64,000 nt of DNA from an uncultured Nitrospiraceae bacterium. Its GTDB lineage: Bacteria; Nitrospirota; Thermodesulfovibrionia; Thermodesulfovibrionales; Dissulfurispiraceae. The translations under genes and the position numbers were made by a program. Below the pieces are notes generated by a model. The model did no database searches, had not been told where the DNA came from, and worked only from the letters and a program-made list of their open reading frames with translations. The stretch's first letter is position 1, and the number at the start of each line of letters is the position of its first letter. Location of the stretch: NCBI GenBank assembly GCA_963727805.1, contig CAVSHF010000003.1, positions 1,728,001 to 1,792,000 on the forward strand. The letters are read 5' to 3'. Shown piece by piece: positions 22,030-31,439 of this stretch.

Positions 22030-23391
22030 TCACCCCACCCTTACTTCTTTCCACTTGCCACCATGAAATCTCTTCGCCATGAGTACCCCCTGGATGACCA
22101 TCGAAACCACCATCGCTATCCAGACACCAGTTGCCCCATAGCCGAGCATAAGCGCGAAGATATACGCCAGAGGAAGCCTGATTAGCCACATGGCGGTTCC
22201 CACGACCCACATTGTTCCCCGCGTGTCCCCTGCTCCCTGCAACCCACCTCCGAGCACGACGCTCAGGGCCATGAAGGGCTCCGAAAGCATGTTAAATCTC
22301 AGGTATCTGACAGTTTCGGCTAGAACCGCAGGATTGTCCGTGAAGGCGGCGGCAATCCGCTCCGCCAAGATGAATATGACAAGTGCCATGGAACTCATTA
22401 GAACGACCCCAGTCATGCCGATCTTCCATCCAACCTTTTCAGCCCTCTGAGGATTACCGGCGCCCAAGTTCTGGCCGATCAGCACCGATGCAGCCATATT
22501 GAGTGCAAAGGCTGGAAGAAAGATAACCCCTTCGATCCTGAATCCATTGGTGATGGCCGCGAGGGCTGTAATGGATGCATCCCCCAGCCTGCTGAGGACA
22601 TTGTAGAGAACAATGCTCCCGGCATTCCATGCAATTTGGAGCAGGGCAGCCGGCCAGCTTATAATCAGCATTTTTTTGATAAGCTCGGCGGAAAGCGTCC
22701 ACGGGCGCTTATAGATTCCTGCCCAACTTCCGAACCTGAAAAACAGAAGATTCATCACCATCCCGACCATTACGGAGAGTGCAGATGCGACCGCTATCCC
22801 GATATAGCCGAGCTTCGGAAAAGGGAAGACGCCGAAGACAAGGAGAAAGTTTAACACTATGTTGATGGCACTGACAGCAGTCATCGTAAGAAGAGGCTTC
22901 TTCACTTCGCCGCATGCCCTGAATATAGAATTAGAAATGATGAGAAGGTAATTGGCCCCGAGGGCCAGAGCATAGACCTGAAGAAAGTGCCCCGCCATAC
23001 TCCTGATCTCACGAGGAAAGCCAGTAAGATCGACGATCTCTTCATACAGAACAAGACCGGAAACCATCACAGCCACAGCAACGATGACGCCGAACATCAT
23101 TGCTTGACGGGCAATCTCGACCGCCTTCCCGGAATCTCCGGCCCCGACAGCTCTTGAGACAAGGGAGAGGCTGCCGATGCTGACTGCGTTGGCGATGATG
23201 ATCGTAAGAAATAATATCTGGCTGACAAATCCGACAGCCGCCTGGACCTCGGGGCCGATAAGGCCTGCAACATAGACGTCCACAACCCCGACAAGAAAAT
23301 TCAGAAGCATGATGATGAGCATCGGCCACGACATGTACCAGATATTGGCCCAAATGTTCCCTATGGTAAGATCGACTGGTTCATCCTGCAT
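22030..23391 (-). CDS. MATE family efflux transporter
   Basis: About 12 hydrophobic segments; GQNLGAG, LQGAGDT and GATGVWIAM MATE motifs. Confidence 0.92.
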   Translation of the reverse strand: MQDEPVDLTIGNIWANIWYMSWPMLIIMLLNFLVGVVDVYVAGLIGPEVQAAVGFVSQILFLTIIIANAVSIGSLSLVSRAVGAGDSGKAVEIARQAMMFGVIVAVAVMVSGLVLYEEIVDLTGFPREIRSMAGHFLQVYALALGANYLLIISNSIFRACGEVKKPLLTMTAVSAINIVLNFLLVFGVFPFPKLGYIGIAVASALSVMVGMVMNLLFFRFGSWAGIYKRPWTLSAELIKKMLIISWPAALLQIAWNAGSIVLYNVLSRLGDASITALAAITNGFRIEGVIFLPAFALNMAASVLIGQNLGAGNPQRAEKVGWKIGMTGVVLMSSMALVIFILAERIAAAFTDNPAVLAETVRYLRFNMLSEPFMALSVVLGGGLQGAGDTRGTMWVVGTAMWLIRLPLAYIFALMLGYGATGVWIAMVVSMVIQGVLMAKRFHGGKWKEVRVG

Positions 23392-23599
23392 AGCTGCCGC
23401 ACACTCCCGGAATCCGTCTCTATCAGATTATTCTACACGAAATCGCAGACTGGCTACTTGTGACATAATTTTTATTTGTCAAGGATTTCGGGAGGGTGTT
23501 TCATGTCCACCGGGAGGACGATTTTAAGGGAGCGCCCTTTTCTTCTCGCGAATCCGATGATTGAAAGCAATAGGTCAAAAGTCAGGCGTGTTAATCGGG

Positions 23600-23629
23600 T
23601 TGACAAAGGCCGCGGTTACTTTTTATCAT
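23600..23629 (+). promoter_or_regulatory. Probable sigma70 promoter of the mvhD-metVF-glt operon
   Basis: TTGACA-N18-TATCAT. Confidence 0.5.
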
Positions 23630-23727
23630 AAACTTCACGGCAATCGGTTACCGTCATGAGCGTCTATGCCGATCAACAAGGTATAGACGCTATTTTTAGT
23701 CATTACGAAAGGACAATAAGGACCCTT

Positions 23728-24153
23728 ATGGACCAAAAAAGCGCCGGACTCAATATTACGATTTTTTTTTGCCAGCAATTAGACCCGAACCAGGAGGTCA
23801 ACAGGCGCGCCCTTGAAAGGGAGCTTGGTAAGCAGATCCGGTTTTTCCCCCTGCCGTGCAGCGGACGCATCGATTCTCTTCACCTCATGCGTGCCCTCGA
23901 ATCGGGGGCTGATAAGGTATATGTTGTCACCTGTCCCGAAGGGGCATGCCATTATCGTGAAGGGAATTTACGTGCCAAAAAGCGCCTTGCCTATACCCAG
24001 GGATTGATCGAAGAAGTAGGCCTTGAGCGTGAACGTTTAGAGTTGATTGTCGCTCCTGCGGGAACCTCTTTGACCGTCGATGAGTTGGCGAGGGGGATCC
24101 TTGCCCGAAATGCCTCAATCGGCCCCTCTCCTGTGCGTGGGAAACAGGCTTGA
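23728..24153 (+). CDS. mvhD: MvhD/FlpD-family [2Fe-2S] electron-transfer subunit
   Basis: LPCSGRID, GADKV, CPEGACHYREGN, GLERERL; start at 23728 after AAGGA; N-terminal FCQQ instead of the usual CxxC. Confidence 0.85.
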   Translation: MDQKSAGLNITIFFCQQLDPNQEVNRRALERELGKQIRFFPLPCSGRIDSLHLMRALESGADKVYVVTCPEGACHYREGNLRAKKRLAYTQGLIEEVGLERERLELIVAPAGTSLTVDELARGILARNASIGPSPVRGKQA

Positions 24154-24187
24154 AGATAAAAACGGCTGATGATAAAGGAGTAAGAGC

Positions 24188-24856
24188 ATGATAACTGCTG
24201 AAAGAAAACCTCTATCAGAGATCAAAGAGATGATAGCACCTTACAAAAAGATATTGGTCGTAGGCTGCGGGTCCTGTGTGGCTGAGTGTGCATCGGGTGG
24301 AGAAAAAGAGGTCGGGCTCCTCTCCTCCGCACTCCGTATGGATGCAAAGGCATCAGGGAAGGAGATAGAAGTAAAAGAGATGACCCTGGACCGCCAGTGT
24401 GTCTATGAGTTCATCGACCTTTTGACAGACGTGATAGGCCAGTACGACATTATCCTCTCTCTCGCCTGCGGTGCAGGCGTACAGGCCGTTGCAGAGGTAT
24501 TCCCCAAGGTCCATATTGTCCCTGCCCTTAATACAACATTTCTCGGAGAGACAAAAGAGGCAGGCCTCTGGATAGAGAACTGCCGGGGCTGCGGTGACTG
24601 CAAGCTCGGGGTTTTCGCTGCTGTTTGCCCTGTTACACGTTGCGCTAAAGGACTTTTTAATGGTCCCTGCGGCGGCTCCAGGACAGACCGCTGCGAGGTG
24701 GATCCCGATGTACCCTGCGCATGGCAGCTGATTGTCTCGAGACTCGAAGACAGGGGGCGTCTTGACCTCCTGCGAAAGGTGCATCCCCCTGCGGATTGGT
24801 CAAAACAGCAGGGGAAAGGACCGAGGAGAATTTACAGGGAGGACCAGAGAGCGTGA
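24188..24856 (+). CDS. metV: MetV, Fe-S/Zn subunit of methylene-THF reductase
   Basis: GCGSCVAEC, RQC, LACGAGVQ, CRGCGDC, CPVTRCAKGLFNGPCGG, CAW. Confidence 0.88.
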   Translation: MITAERKPLSEIKEMIAPYKKILVVGCGSCVAECASGGEKEVGLLSSALRMDAKASGKEIEVKEMTLDRQCVYEFIDLLTDVIGQYDIILSLACGAGVQAVAEVFPKVHIVPALNTTFLGETKEAGLWIENCRGCGDCKLGVFAAVCPVTRCAKGLFNGPCGGSRTDRCEVDPDVPCAWQLIVSRLEDRGRLDLLRKVHPPADWSKQQGKGPRRIYREDQRA

Positions 24857-25776
24857 TGACTGAAAGCCGGCTAAAAAAGGTTTTACATAGTGGAAAATTT
24901 GCCGTTACCGCTGAATGCGGCCCTCCCAAAGGGGCAGACCCCGAAGTCGTGAAGAGCAAAGGAAGGATTCTTAAGGGTTATGTCGACAGCGTAAACGTTA
25001 CAGATAATCAGACTGGGGTGGTCCGTCTTTGCAGTCTTGCTGCATGTGCTATGCTCAATGCGGAAGGGCTTGACTCCGTGCTACAGATGGTCACCCGTGA
25101 CCGCAACCGCATCGCACTCCAGTCGGACGTCCTGGGAGCCTCTGCCCTGGGCATACGCAATATTCTCTGTCTCTCCGGCGATCACCAGACCTTTGGCAAC
25201 CAGCCTCAGGCAAAAGGCGTCTTTGACATCGACTCTATTCAGTTGCTACAGACCGTGCGTAATATGAGAGATGCCGGCGAAGTCATCGGCGGGGAAAAAC
25301 TGAGTATGCCGCCTTATATGTTTATCGGGGCCGCAGCAAATCCCTTTGCCGATCCTTTCAAATACCGAGCTGCCCGTCTCGCTACAAAAGTGGATGCTGG
25401 TGCGGAGTTCATACAGACCCAGTGCATTTACAACCTCAACCGCTTCAAGGAATGGATGGACCTCGTAAAAGACTATGGGATGGATAATAAAGTTTTCATA
25501 CTCGGTGGGATTACTCCGCTTAAATCTGCCCGCATGGCAGAGTACATGGCAAAGAATGTTGCCGGCATGGATGTGCCCGAGGAGATCATCAACAGAATGA
25601 AATCGGTCCCCGCAAAAGAACAGCGGCAGGAAGGAATCAAGATAGCCGTAGAAACCATCCAGGCGCTTCAGGCAATGGAAGGTGTCCGCGGGGTCCATAT
25701 CATGGCAATCGAGTGGGAAGAGGTAGTTCCCCAAATAGTTCAAGAGGCTAAACTTTTCCCCAGGCCTCAGGTTTGA
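24856..25776 (+). CDS. metF: Methylenetetrahydrofolate reductase
   Basis: VTAECGPPKG, NVTDN, RDRNRIALQSD, LSGDH, GAEFIQTQ; TGATG overlap with the metV stop. Confidence 0.93.
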   Translation: MTESRLKKVLHSGKFAVTAECGPPKGADPEVVKSKGRILKGYVDSVNVTDNQTGVVRLCSLAACAMLNAEGLDSVLQMVTRDRNRIALQSDVLGASALGIRNILCLSGDHQTFGNQPQAKGVFDIDSIQLLQTVRNMRDAGEVIGGEKLSMPPYMFIGAAANPFADPFKYRAARLATKVDAGAEFIQTQCIYNLNRFKEWMDLVKDYGMDNKVFILGGITPLKSARMAEYMAKNVAGMDVPEEIINRMKSVPAKEQRQEGIKIAVETIQALQAMEGVRGVHIMAIEWEEVVPQIVQEAKLFPRPQV

Positions 25777-25789
25777 GAGGAGTTAGCAT

Positions 25790-27172
25790 ATGCCCCCCAA
25801 ATATCATATTCATGCCGGCCAAGTAGCGAACCGGTTTCAGGCGATAACCCGGTCTGGTGTCATTGCCTGGGAAGAAGGCTGCCTCAAATGCGCCCGCTGC
25901 GTAAAAAAGGATTGCGTCTACAAGGTATATGAAAAGCGGGGCATTGATTCCCGCCAGATGCTCGAATCCCTCGACAGTGTCTGCATGGACTGCTTCCGCT
26001 GCGTCCAGGGCTGTCCGAACAAACTTATCCAGAAGGGTCTCAATCCCTCATATAAGGCCCTCGGGGATCATTACTGGACTCCGGAGATTATTTCGGGACT
26101 CTGGTACCAGGCAGAAGCAGGCCGTATCCCGGTGTCGGGCGGCGGCTACGGGGGACCTTTCTCCGGACCCGGGTATGATGCCATGTGGACGGATATGTCC
26201 GAAATAGTACGTCCTACGAGAGATGGTATCCATGGCCGCGAATACATAAGCACTACCGCTGATATAGGCCGCAAGGTGATGGCACTCGAATTCGATCAGT
26301 CAGGGGCACTGACGATTACTCCTCCGCCCATTGTGGAGATTCCGCTGCCGCTTTTGTTCGACATCCTACCGTGGTCTCCGCCGCGGAAAGGGATCAATCT
26401 GGCCCTGCTCGAAGGAGCGCGCTCATTGGGGACCTTTGCCATAATCAGGCAAAGTGAGTATGGTTCGGCGATGGAGCAGTATCTGCAGAACATGGTTCTC
26501 TTCGTTGACGGACGTTTATCCGATATTGATTCCGCTGTTCTGAGCAAGTTGCGATTGATAGAGATTCCTTATGGGAAAGAGGTTATCGCCACACAGAACT
26601 CCTTAAAAGAGAAGTTCCCCGGCATCGTGACAATTATCCGGATGGACCTCAGTCCTGATTCATCTGAAAATATCATTCGACTCACCGCAGAAGGCGCCGA
26701 GGTTATACATCTTGTTGCCGATGAATATGGCCTTGAAAGAGCCGACAGGCCTCTCTTTATTAAAGAACGGATGAGGGAGATACACCTTCACCTCGTAGCG
26801 AAGGGAGTGCGTGACCAAATCACCCTCATTTCAGGTGGGGGCATCGCTATGGCGGAGCATGTGGCAAAGCAGATCATCTGCGGTTCAGACCTGGTGTCCG
26901 TCGACATACCACTTCTCATTGCTATGGAGTGCAGGGTATGCCGCCGCTGCAAGGAGGGCATTGCGTGTCCTGTGGAGCTTGACAGTGTCGACACCGTTTG
27001 GGGCGCCGGCCGGGTAAGGAATCTGATGGTAGGCTGGCATAACCAGCTTATCGAGATACTCGGTGCCATGGGTATACGCGAGGTGAGAAGACTACGGGGA
27101 GAAATGGGTCGTGCCATGTTCTTCGAGGATCTCGAAAAAGATATCTTTGCCACACTGGGTAGAAGGGGTTGA
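25790..27172 (+). CDS. Glutamate-synthase FMN-domain homolog with N-terminal ferredoxin, degenerate active site
   Basis: CLKCARC and CMDCFRCVQGCP; C-terminal SGGGIA, ECRVCRRC...CP and LGAMGI. Lacks the GMSFG, TGEGG and QGAKPG motifs. Confidence 0.75.
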   Translation: MPPKYHIHAGQVANRFQAITRSGVIAWEEGCLKCARCVKKDCVYKVYEKRGIDSRQMLESLDSVCMDCFRCVQGCPNKLIQKGLNPSYKALGDHYWTPEIISGLWYQAEAGRIPVSGGGYGGPFSGPGYDAMWTDMSEIVRPTRDGIHGREYISTTADIGRKVMALEFDQSGALTITPPPIVEIPLPLLFDILPWSPPRKGINLALLEGARSLGTFAIIRQSEYGSAMEQYLQNMVLFVDGRLSDIDSAVLSKLRLIEIPYGKEVIATQNSLKEKFPGIVTIIRMDLSPDSSENIIRLTAEGAEVIHLVADEYGLERADRPLFIKERMREIHLHLVAKGVRDQITLISGGGIAMAEHVAKQIICGSDLVSVDIPLLIAMECRVCRRCKEGIACPVELDSVDTVWGAGRVRNLMVGWHNQLIEILGAMGIREVRRLRGEMGRAMFFEDLEKDIFATLGRRG

Positions 27173-27176
27173 TACA

Positions 27177-28697
27177 ATGGGAACAGACACACATAAACTC
27201 ATGCTGCCTGATGTGAAAAAAGTGCCGAGCCGTTTCCGTAATGCCCTCGGTAAATATCGCGTAGCGGTATCTAAGGCATGCAATAACTGCGGACTCTGCA
27301 TAACGCTTTGCCCTTATGGAGTATACAAGGCAGGATCAAAAAAACCGCGAGTCGCAGCCGATCATCTTTGCCTCGGGTTTCCCTGCAGCTCGAACGAATT
27401 CTACTGCGTGAGCAGATGCCCGGAAAAGGCAATTCATCTAAGTCTGAATCCATCCTTTGAGATCCTGGGTGACAAACGATGGTCGGCTGATCTTCTTGCC
27501 AGCACATGGCATATGGCAGAGACCGGAGAACTTCCTTATCAAGGACTCAACTATAAGACAGGTGATTCAGGCGGCGGGTTTGATAAGCTCCGTTTTATAT
27601 TCCCCAGGGGAAAAGAGCTGGATGTCCCTGATGAAGCAATATCCACAGCCATTGAACTTAATCGTACCGGAGATTCAAGGCCGGGGATCGAGATACCTGT
27701 TCCGTTCTATCTTGGAGGTATGTCATTCGGCTCTGTCAGTATTGTGACCATGCTCTCCCGCGTCAAAGCTGCGGCTGCGCTCAATACCTTCTGCTGTACC
27801 GGAGAAGGTGGATACCCTGAAGAACTGATCCCTTACGATGATCACATCATCACGCAAGTTGCAACGGGTCTCTTCGGGGTAAGAGAAGAGACGCTCAAGA
27901 GGGTCCGGATAGTCGAATTCAAGTATGCTCAGGGGGCAAAACCTGGTCTCGGCGGACATCTTCTCGGTGACAAAGTGACGCCGCGTGTTGCCGCTATGCG
28001 CGAGGCAGTAGCAGGAAGCGCCCTCTTTTCACCGTTTCCATTCCATAGCGTCTACTCGGTGGAAGACCACAAGAAGCATGTAGACTGGATAAAGGAGACA
28101 AACCCCCGTACCCTCGTGTCGGTAAAGGTCTCCACACCGACTGACGTGGACATGGTTGCCGTGGGAAGTTATTATGCCGGTGCCCATATCATTCAGCTTG
28201 ACGGAAGTTACGGCGGAACAGGCGCCGCACCTGATATCGCAAAAAAGAATATTGCTATGCCCATCGAATATGCCGTACCCAAGGTGCATAAATTCCTGTC
28301 TGAAGAGGGGATCAGGGACAAGATAACAATTATCGCGAGCGGCGGGATACGCACCGCGCATGATATGGCTAAAGCCATTGCCCTGGGCGCAAATGGCGTA
28401 TGTCTCGGTACAGCCGATCTCGTGGCCCTCGAATGCATCCGCTGTCACCATTGTGAATCAGGTCGCGGCTGTGCCAGGGGTATTGCCACAACAGACGATC
28501 AACTTACGAACCTCATGGAACTCGAATGGGCGACTCAGCGCATTGTCAACATGTATCTGACCTGGCGGCGCCAGCTTGTCTCCATCCTCAAACGTCTGGG
28601 GATGAAGAGCGTTACAGAGCTTGTGGGACGATTTGATGTGATTGGTCACCTCGATTACATTAAGCAGGAAGAGATACAAGGGGAGTTGGAACTATGA
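27177..28697 (+). CDS. Glutamate synthase FMN/synthase subunit (GltB2-like) with ferredoxin domain
   Basis: CNNCGLCITLCP, GGMSFGS, TGEGG, QVATG, KYAQGAKPGLGGHL, DGSYGGTGAAP, SGGIRT, CIRCHHC...C. Confidence 0.9.
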   Translation: MGTDTHKLMLPDVKKVPSRFRNALGKYRVAVSKACNNCGLCITLCPYGVYKAGSKKPRVAADHLCLGFPCSSNEFYCVSRCPEKAIHLSLNPSFEILGDKRWSADLLASTWHMAETGELPYQGLNYKTGDSGGGFDKLRFIFPRGKELDVPDEAISTAIELNRTGDSRPGIEIPVPFYLGGMSFGSVSIVTMLSRVKAAAALNTFCCTGEGGYPEELIPYDDHIITQVATGLFGVREETLKRVRIVEFKYAQGAKPGLGGHLLGDKVTPRVAAMREAVAGSALFSPFPFHSVYSVEDHKKHVDWIKETNPRTLVSVKVSTPTDVDMVAVGSYYAGAHIIQLDGSYGGTGAAPDIAKKNIAMPIEYAVPKVHKFLSEEGIRDKITIIASGGIRTAHDMAKAIALGANGVCLGTADLVALECIRCHHCESGRGCARGIATTDDQLTNLMELEWATQRIVNMYLTWRRQLVSILKRLGMKSVTELVGRFDVIGHLDYIKQEEIQGELEL

Positions 28698-31345
28698 AAC
28701 ATTTAAACAATAGAGACGCAATAATTAGATCGCGATACTATTTCCGCGAGGCCGACCGGCTGGTAAATCGAAGTACGATTGAAGCTGAAGAAGGCGGTTG
28801 TGGCGTTACCGGTTTTGCCTGCAATATTCGCGTGAGCGGTCGTCACATATTCACTCCTTCTGTTCAGATGCATAACAGGGGAAACGGCAAAGGGGGAGGT
28901 CTTGCAGCTGTCGGCCTGAGTCCCGACAAGCTCGGAGTGGACCAGGAAACTCTCGACAGTCATTTCCTCCTGCAAGTTGCAATCCTTGACAAGACAGTCG
29001 TACAAGAGATGGAGGCGCGTTTTATCCACCCTCACTTCCGGGTTGCCCATGAAGCGGCCGTCGATGCACTAGATGACTACAGGGACATTGCAGGCCTTGA
29101 GGTTAAGCCTCCGGCGGTGAAACGCTATTTTGTGCGGGTAAAACCGGAAGTCCTTGCCCTTTTCCAGAAAGAGCGCGGACTGGAAATGCTGTCTTATGAC
29201 AGGGCAGAGGAAGAGTTCATCTTCCAGAATACGTACCAGTTGAACCTTGCCCTGTACAGTTCCCTCGGTGAGAAAAAGGCCTTTGTTCTTTCCCACGGCA
29301 GGAACATGATGATACTGAAGATAGTGGGTTATGCCGAGCAGGTGGCCCAATACTATAAACTAGAAAACTTTGATGCCAATATATGGATAGCCCATCAGCG
29401 GTATCCCACCAAGGGCCGGGTCTGGCATCCCGGCGGGGCTCATCCCTTCATAGGCCTTAATGAAGCCCTTGTGCACAATGGAGACTTTGCGAATTATTAT
29501 TCCGTATCCGACTATCTTCGCCAACGCAATATCTATCCGCTTTTCCTTACCGATACAGAGGTTTCTGTTCATGTGTTCGACCTCCTGAGCAGAGTATACG
29601 GGTATCCTCTTGAGTACATAATTGAAGCCCTTGCCCCTACGGGAGAGATGGATTTCGATCATCTACCGAAAGAAAAACAACTCATCTATAGACAGATCCA
29701 GGCTACCCACATCCATGGCTCTCCTGACGGACCCTGGTTCTTCATCATCGCCCGCAACAATGTTCAGAAAAAAAAGTTCCAGCTTATCGGCATTACCGAT
29801 ACAGCCATGCTGCGGCCACAGGTCTTTGCCTTGCAGAAAGGGGCAGTGGAGATAGGACTGATCTGTTCGGAAAAACAGGCGATAGATGCGACCCTGGAAA
29901 GCCTCGCAAAAGAAGACCCGCGTTTCGGTACGATAGCAGACCATTACTGGAATGCCCGTGGCGGTAGTTACACTGATGGCGGGGCTTTTATCTTCACAAT
30001 ACAGGAGTCTGCACCAGGAAAGATGAGTCTCACCTGTACGGATAAATTCGGACGGCTTGTGGATGTTCCAACAGACCAGACACCTCTTGATAGCAGAGCC
30101 CACTCGCAGGCGGCACCGACCACTCCTGTGGCTCTCTCAAAAGACATCCTTAAAGACATGTCCGAGGGCAACGCAGAAAAGATATTTACCGGCTTGAAAG
30201 CGCGTTTTGTTGAATGGGACTATACACAGCTCTCCACATTCCTCAACCAGATCGTCGCCCTTGCAGAGAAGGATGATCTGAGGAAGACGGCAATCGCTCT
30301 GCTCGCGCTCCTTCTTGACCGACACTACTTTACAGGAAACATGAGACGGCGTTCAGTGCTCCAGATGGTCTCCGACGCACTCGATTCTATCTTCAGGGCT
30401 ATTCCTATGATCAGTGAGACTAAAAGCGCTCTATCCTGCTGTAAAATTGATTTTTACAACCGTCATATACTTCGTGCCCCAGCGAAAGGGGAAAAGGTCT
30501 TGGTTGCTGACGCGGGACTATTCCCTCCCGAAGGTGATGACTCATTCGCCCGTCTTATCTCAGACGCGTACAGTCTCGGCTGGAAGCGGTTCATCTGTTT
30601 CGGCCAGCGTGGTCAGCGCTTTCTTGGGTGCGGGGTTGGTCCCGACACAAAGGGAGTGCGTATAGACTCCTTCGGCTCTTCGGGAGACTATCTCGGTTCC
30701 GGCATGGACGGACTTGAAATCTTCGTGCACGGAAATGCCCAGGACCAACTCGGGCAGATTATGAAATCGGGGAAACTCGTCGTGCATGGTGATGTAGGGC
30801 AGACGTTCATGTACGGGGCGAAAGGCGGCGAGGTCTATGTGCTCGGAAATGCTGCAGGCCGTCCCCTCATCAATGCGTGTGGCAAACCGAGGGTTGTCAT
30901 AAACGGCACAGCACTCGACTACCTGGCGGAATCTTTTATGGCGGGCGATCCTTACAAGGGCGGCGGTTTCGTTATTCTGAACGGCCTGACCTTTGATAAA
31001 GATGGAAAGATGGTCCCTCTGGAGATACCCTATCCCGGATCGAATATCTTCTCACTCGCATCAGGTGGAGCAATTTTTGTGCGCGACCCGCATCAGTCCA
31101 TCGTACAGGAGCAGTTGAATGGAGGTCAGATCCTGCCCTTTAGGAAAAAAGACTGGAAGCTGATACTCCCCTATCTGAAGGAGAATGAACGACTATTCGG
31201 CATCGGGATAGATGAACTCCTTACTGTGGACGGCAAACTTTGCAAACCTGAAGAGGTCTATCGCACTATTGGAGCGGTAAAGCTCGCCGTCCTTTCGGGG
31301 ACCGCCGCCATCGCCATGAATGAAGAGTGGGAAGAGGAAGATTAG
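28694..31345 (+). CDS. Glutamate synthase glutamine-amidotransferase domain fused to GXGXG domain (GltB1+GltB3-like)
   Basis: EGGC36GVTG (Ntn Cys after a propeptide), HNRG, HQRYPT, HPF, HNGD, DTE; C-terminal GXGXG beta-helix repeats; ATGA overlap with the upstream gene. Confidence 0.88.
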   Translation: MKHLNNRDAIIRSRYYFREADRLVNRSTIEAEEGGCGVTGFACNIRVSGRHIFTPSVQMHNRGNGKGGGLAAVGLSPDKLGVDQETLDSHFLLQVAILDKTVVQEMEARFIHPHFRVAHEAAVDALDDYRDIAGLEVKPPAVKRYFVRVKPEVLALFQKERGLEMLSYDRAEEEFIFQNTYQLNLALYSSLGEKKAFVLSHGRNMMILKIVGYAEQVAQYYKLENFDANIWIAHQRYPTKGRVWHPGGAHPFIGLNEALVHNGDFANYYSVSDYLRQRNIYPLFLTDTEVSVHVFDLLSRVYGYPLEYIIEALAPTGEMDFDHLPKEKQLIYRQIQATHIHGSPDGPWFFIIARNNVQKKKFQLIGITDTAMLRPQVFALQKGAVEIGLICSEKQAIDATLESLAKEDPRFGTIADHYWNARGGSYTDGGAFIFTIQESAPGKMSLTCTDKFGRLVDVPTDQTPLDSRAHSQAAPTTPVALSKDILKDMSEGNAEKIFTGLKARFVEWDYTQLSTFLNQIVALAEKDDLRKTAIALLALLLDRHYFTGNMRRRSVLQMVSDALDSIFRAIPMISETKSALSCCKIDFYNRHILRAPAKGEKVLVADAGLFPPEGDDSFARLISDAYSLGWKRFICFGQRGQRFLGCGVGPDTKGVRIDSFGSSGDYLGSGMDGLEIFVHGNAQDQLGQIMKSGKLVVHGDVGQTFMYGAKGGEVYVLGNAAGRPLINACGKPRVVINGTALDYLAESFMAGDPYKGGGFVILNGLTFDKDGKMVPLEIPYPGSNIFSLASGGAIFVRDPHQSIVQEQLNGGQILPFRKKDWKLILPYLKENERLFGIGIDELLTVDGKLCKPEEVYRTIGAVKLAVLSGTAAIAMNEEWEEED

Positions 31346-31439
31346 AGGATAACTTCTGAGGACGGCTCATATATCCTTAAAAAGCTCACGGAAAGACAGT
31401 AGAAACAAACAGCCTTCAGATCTTCTTTTCACACTCCTC

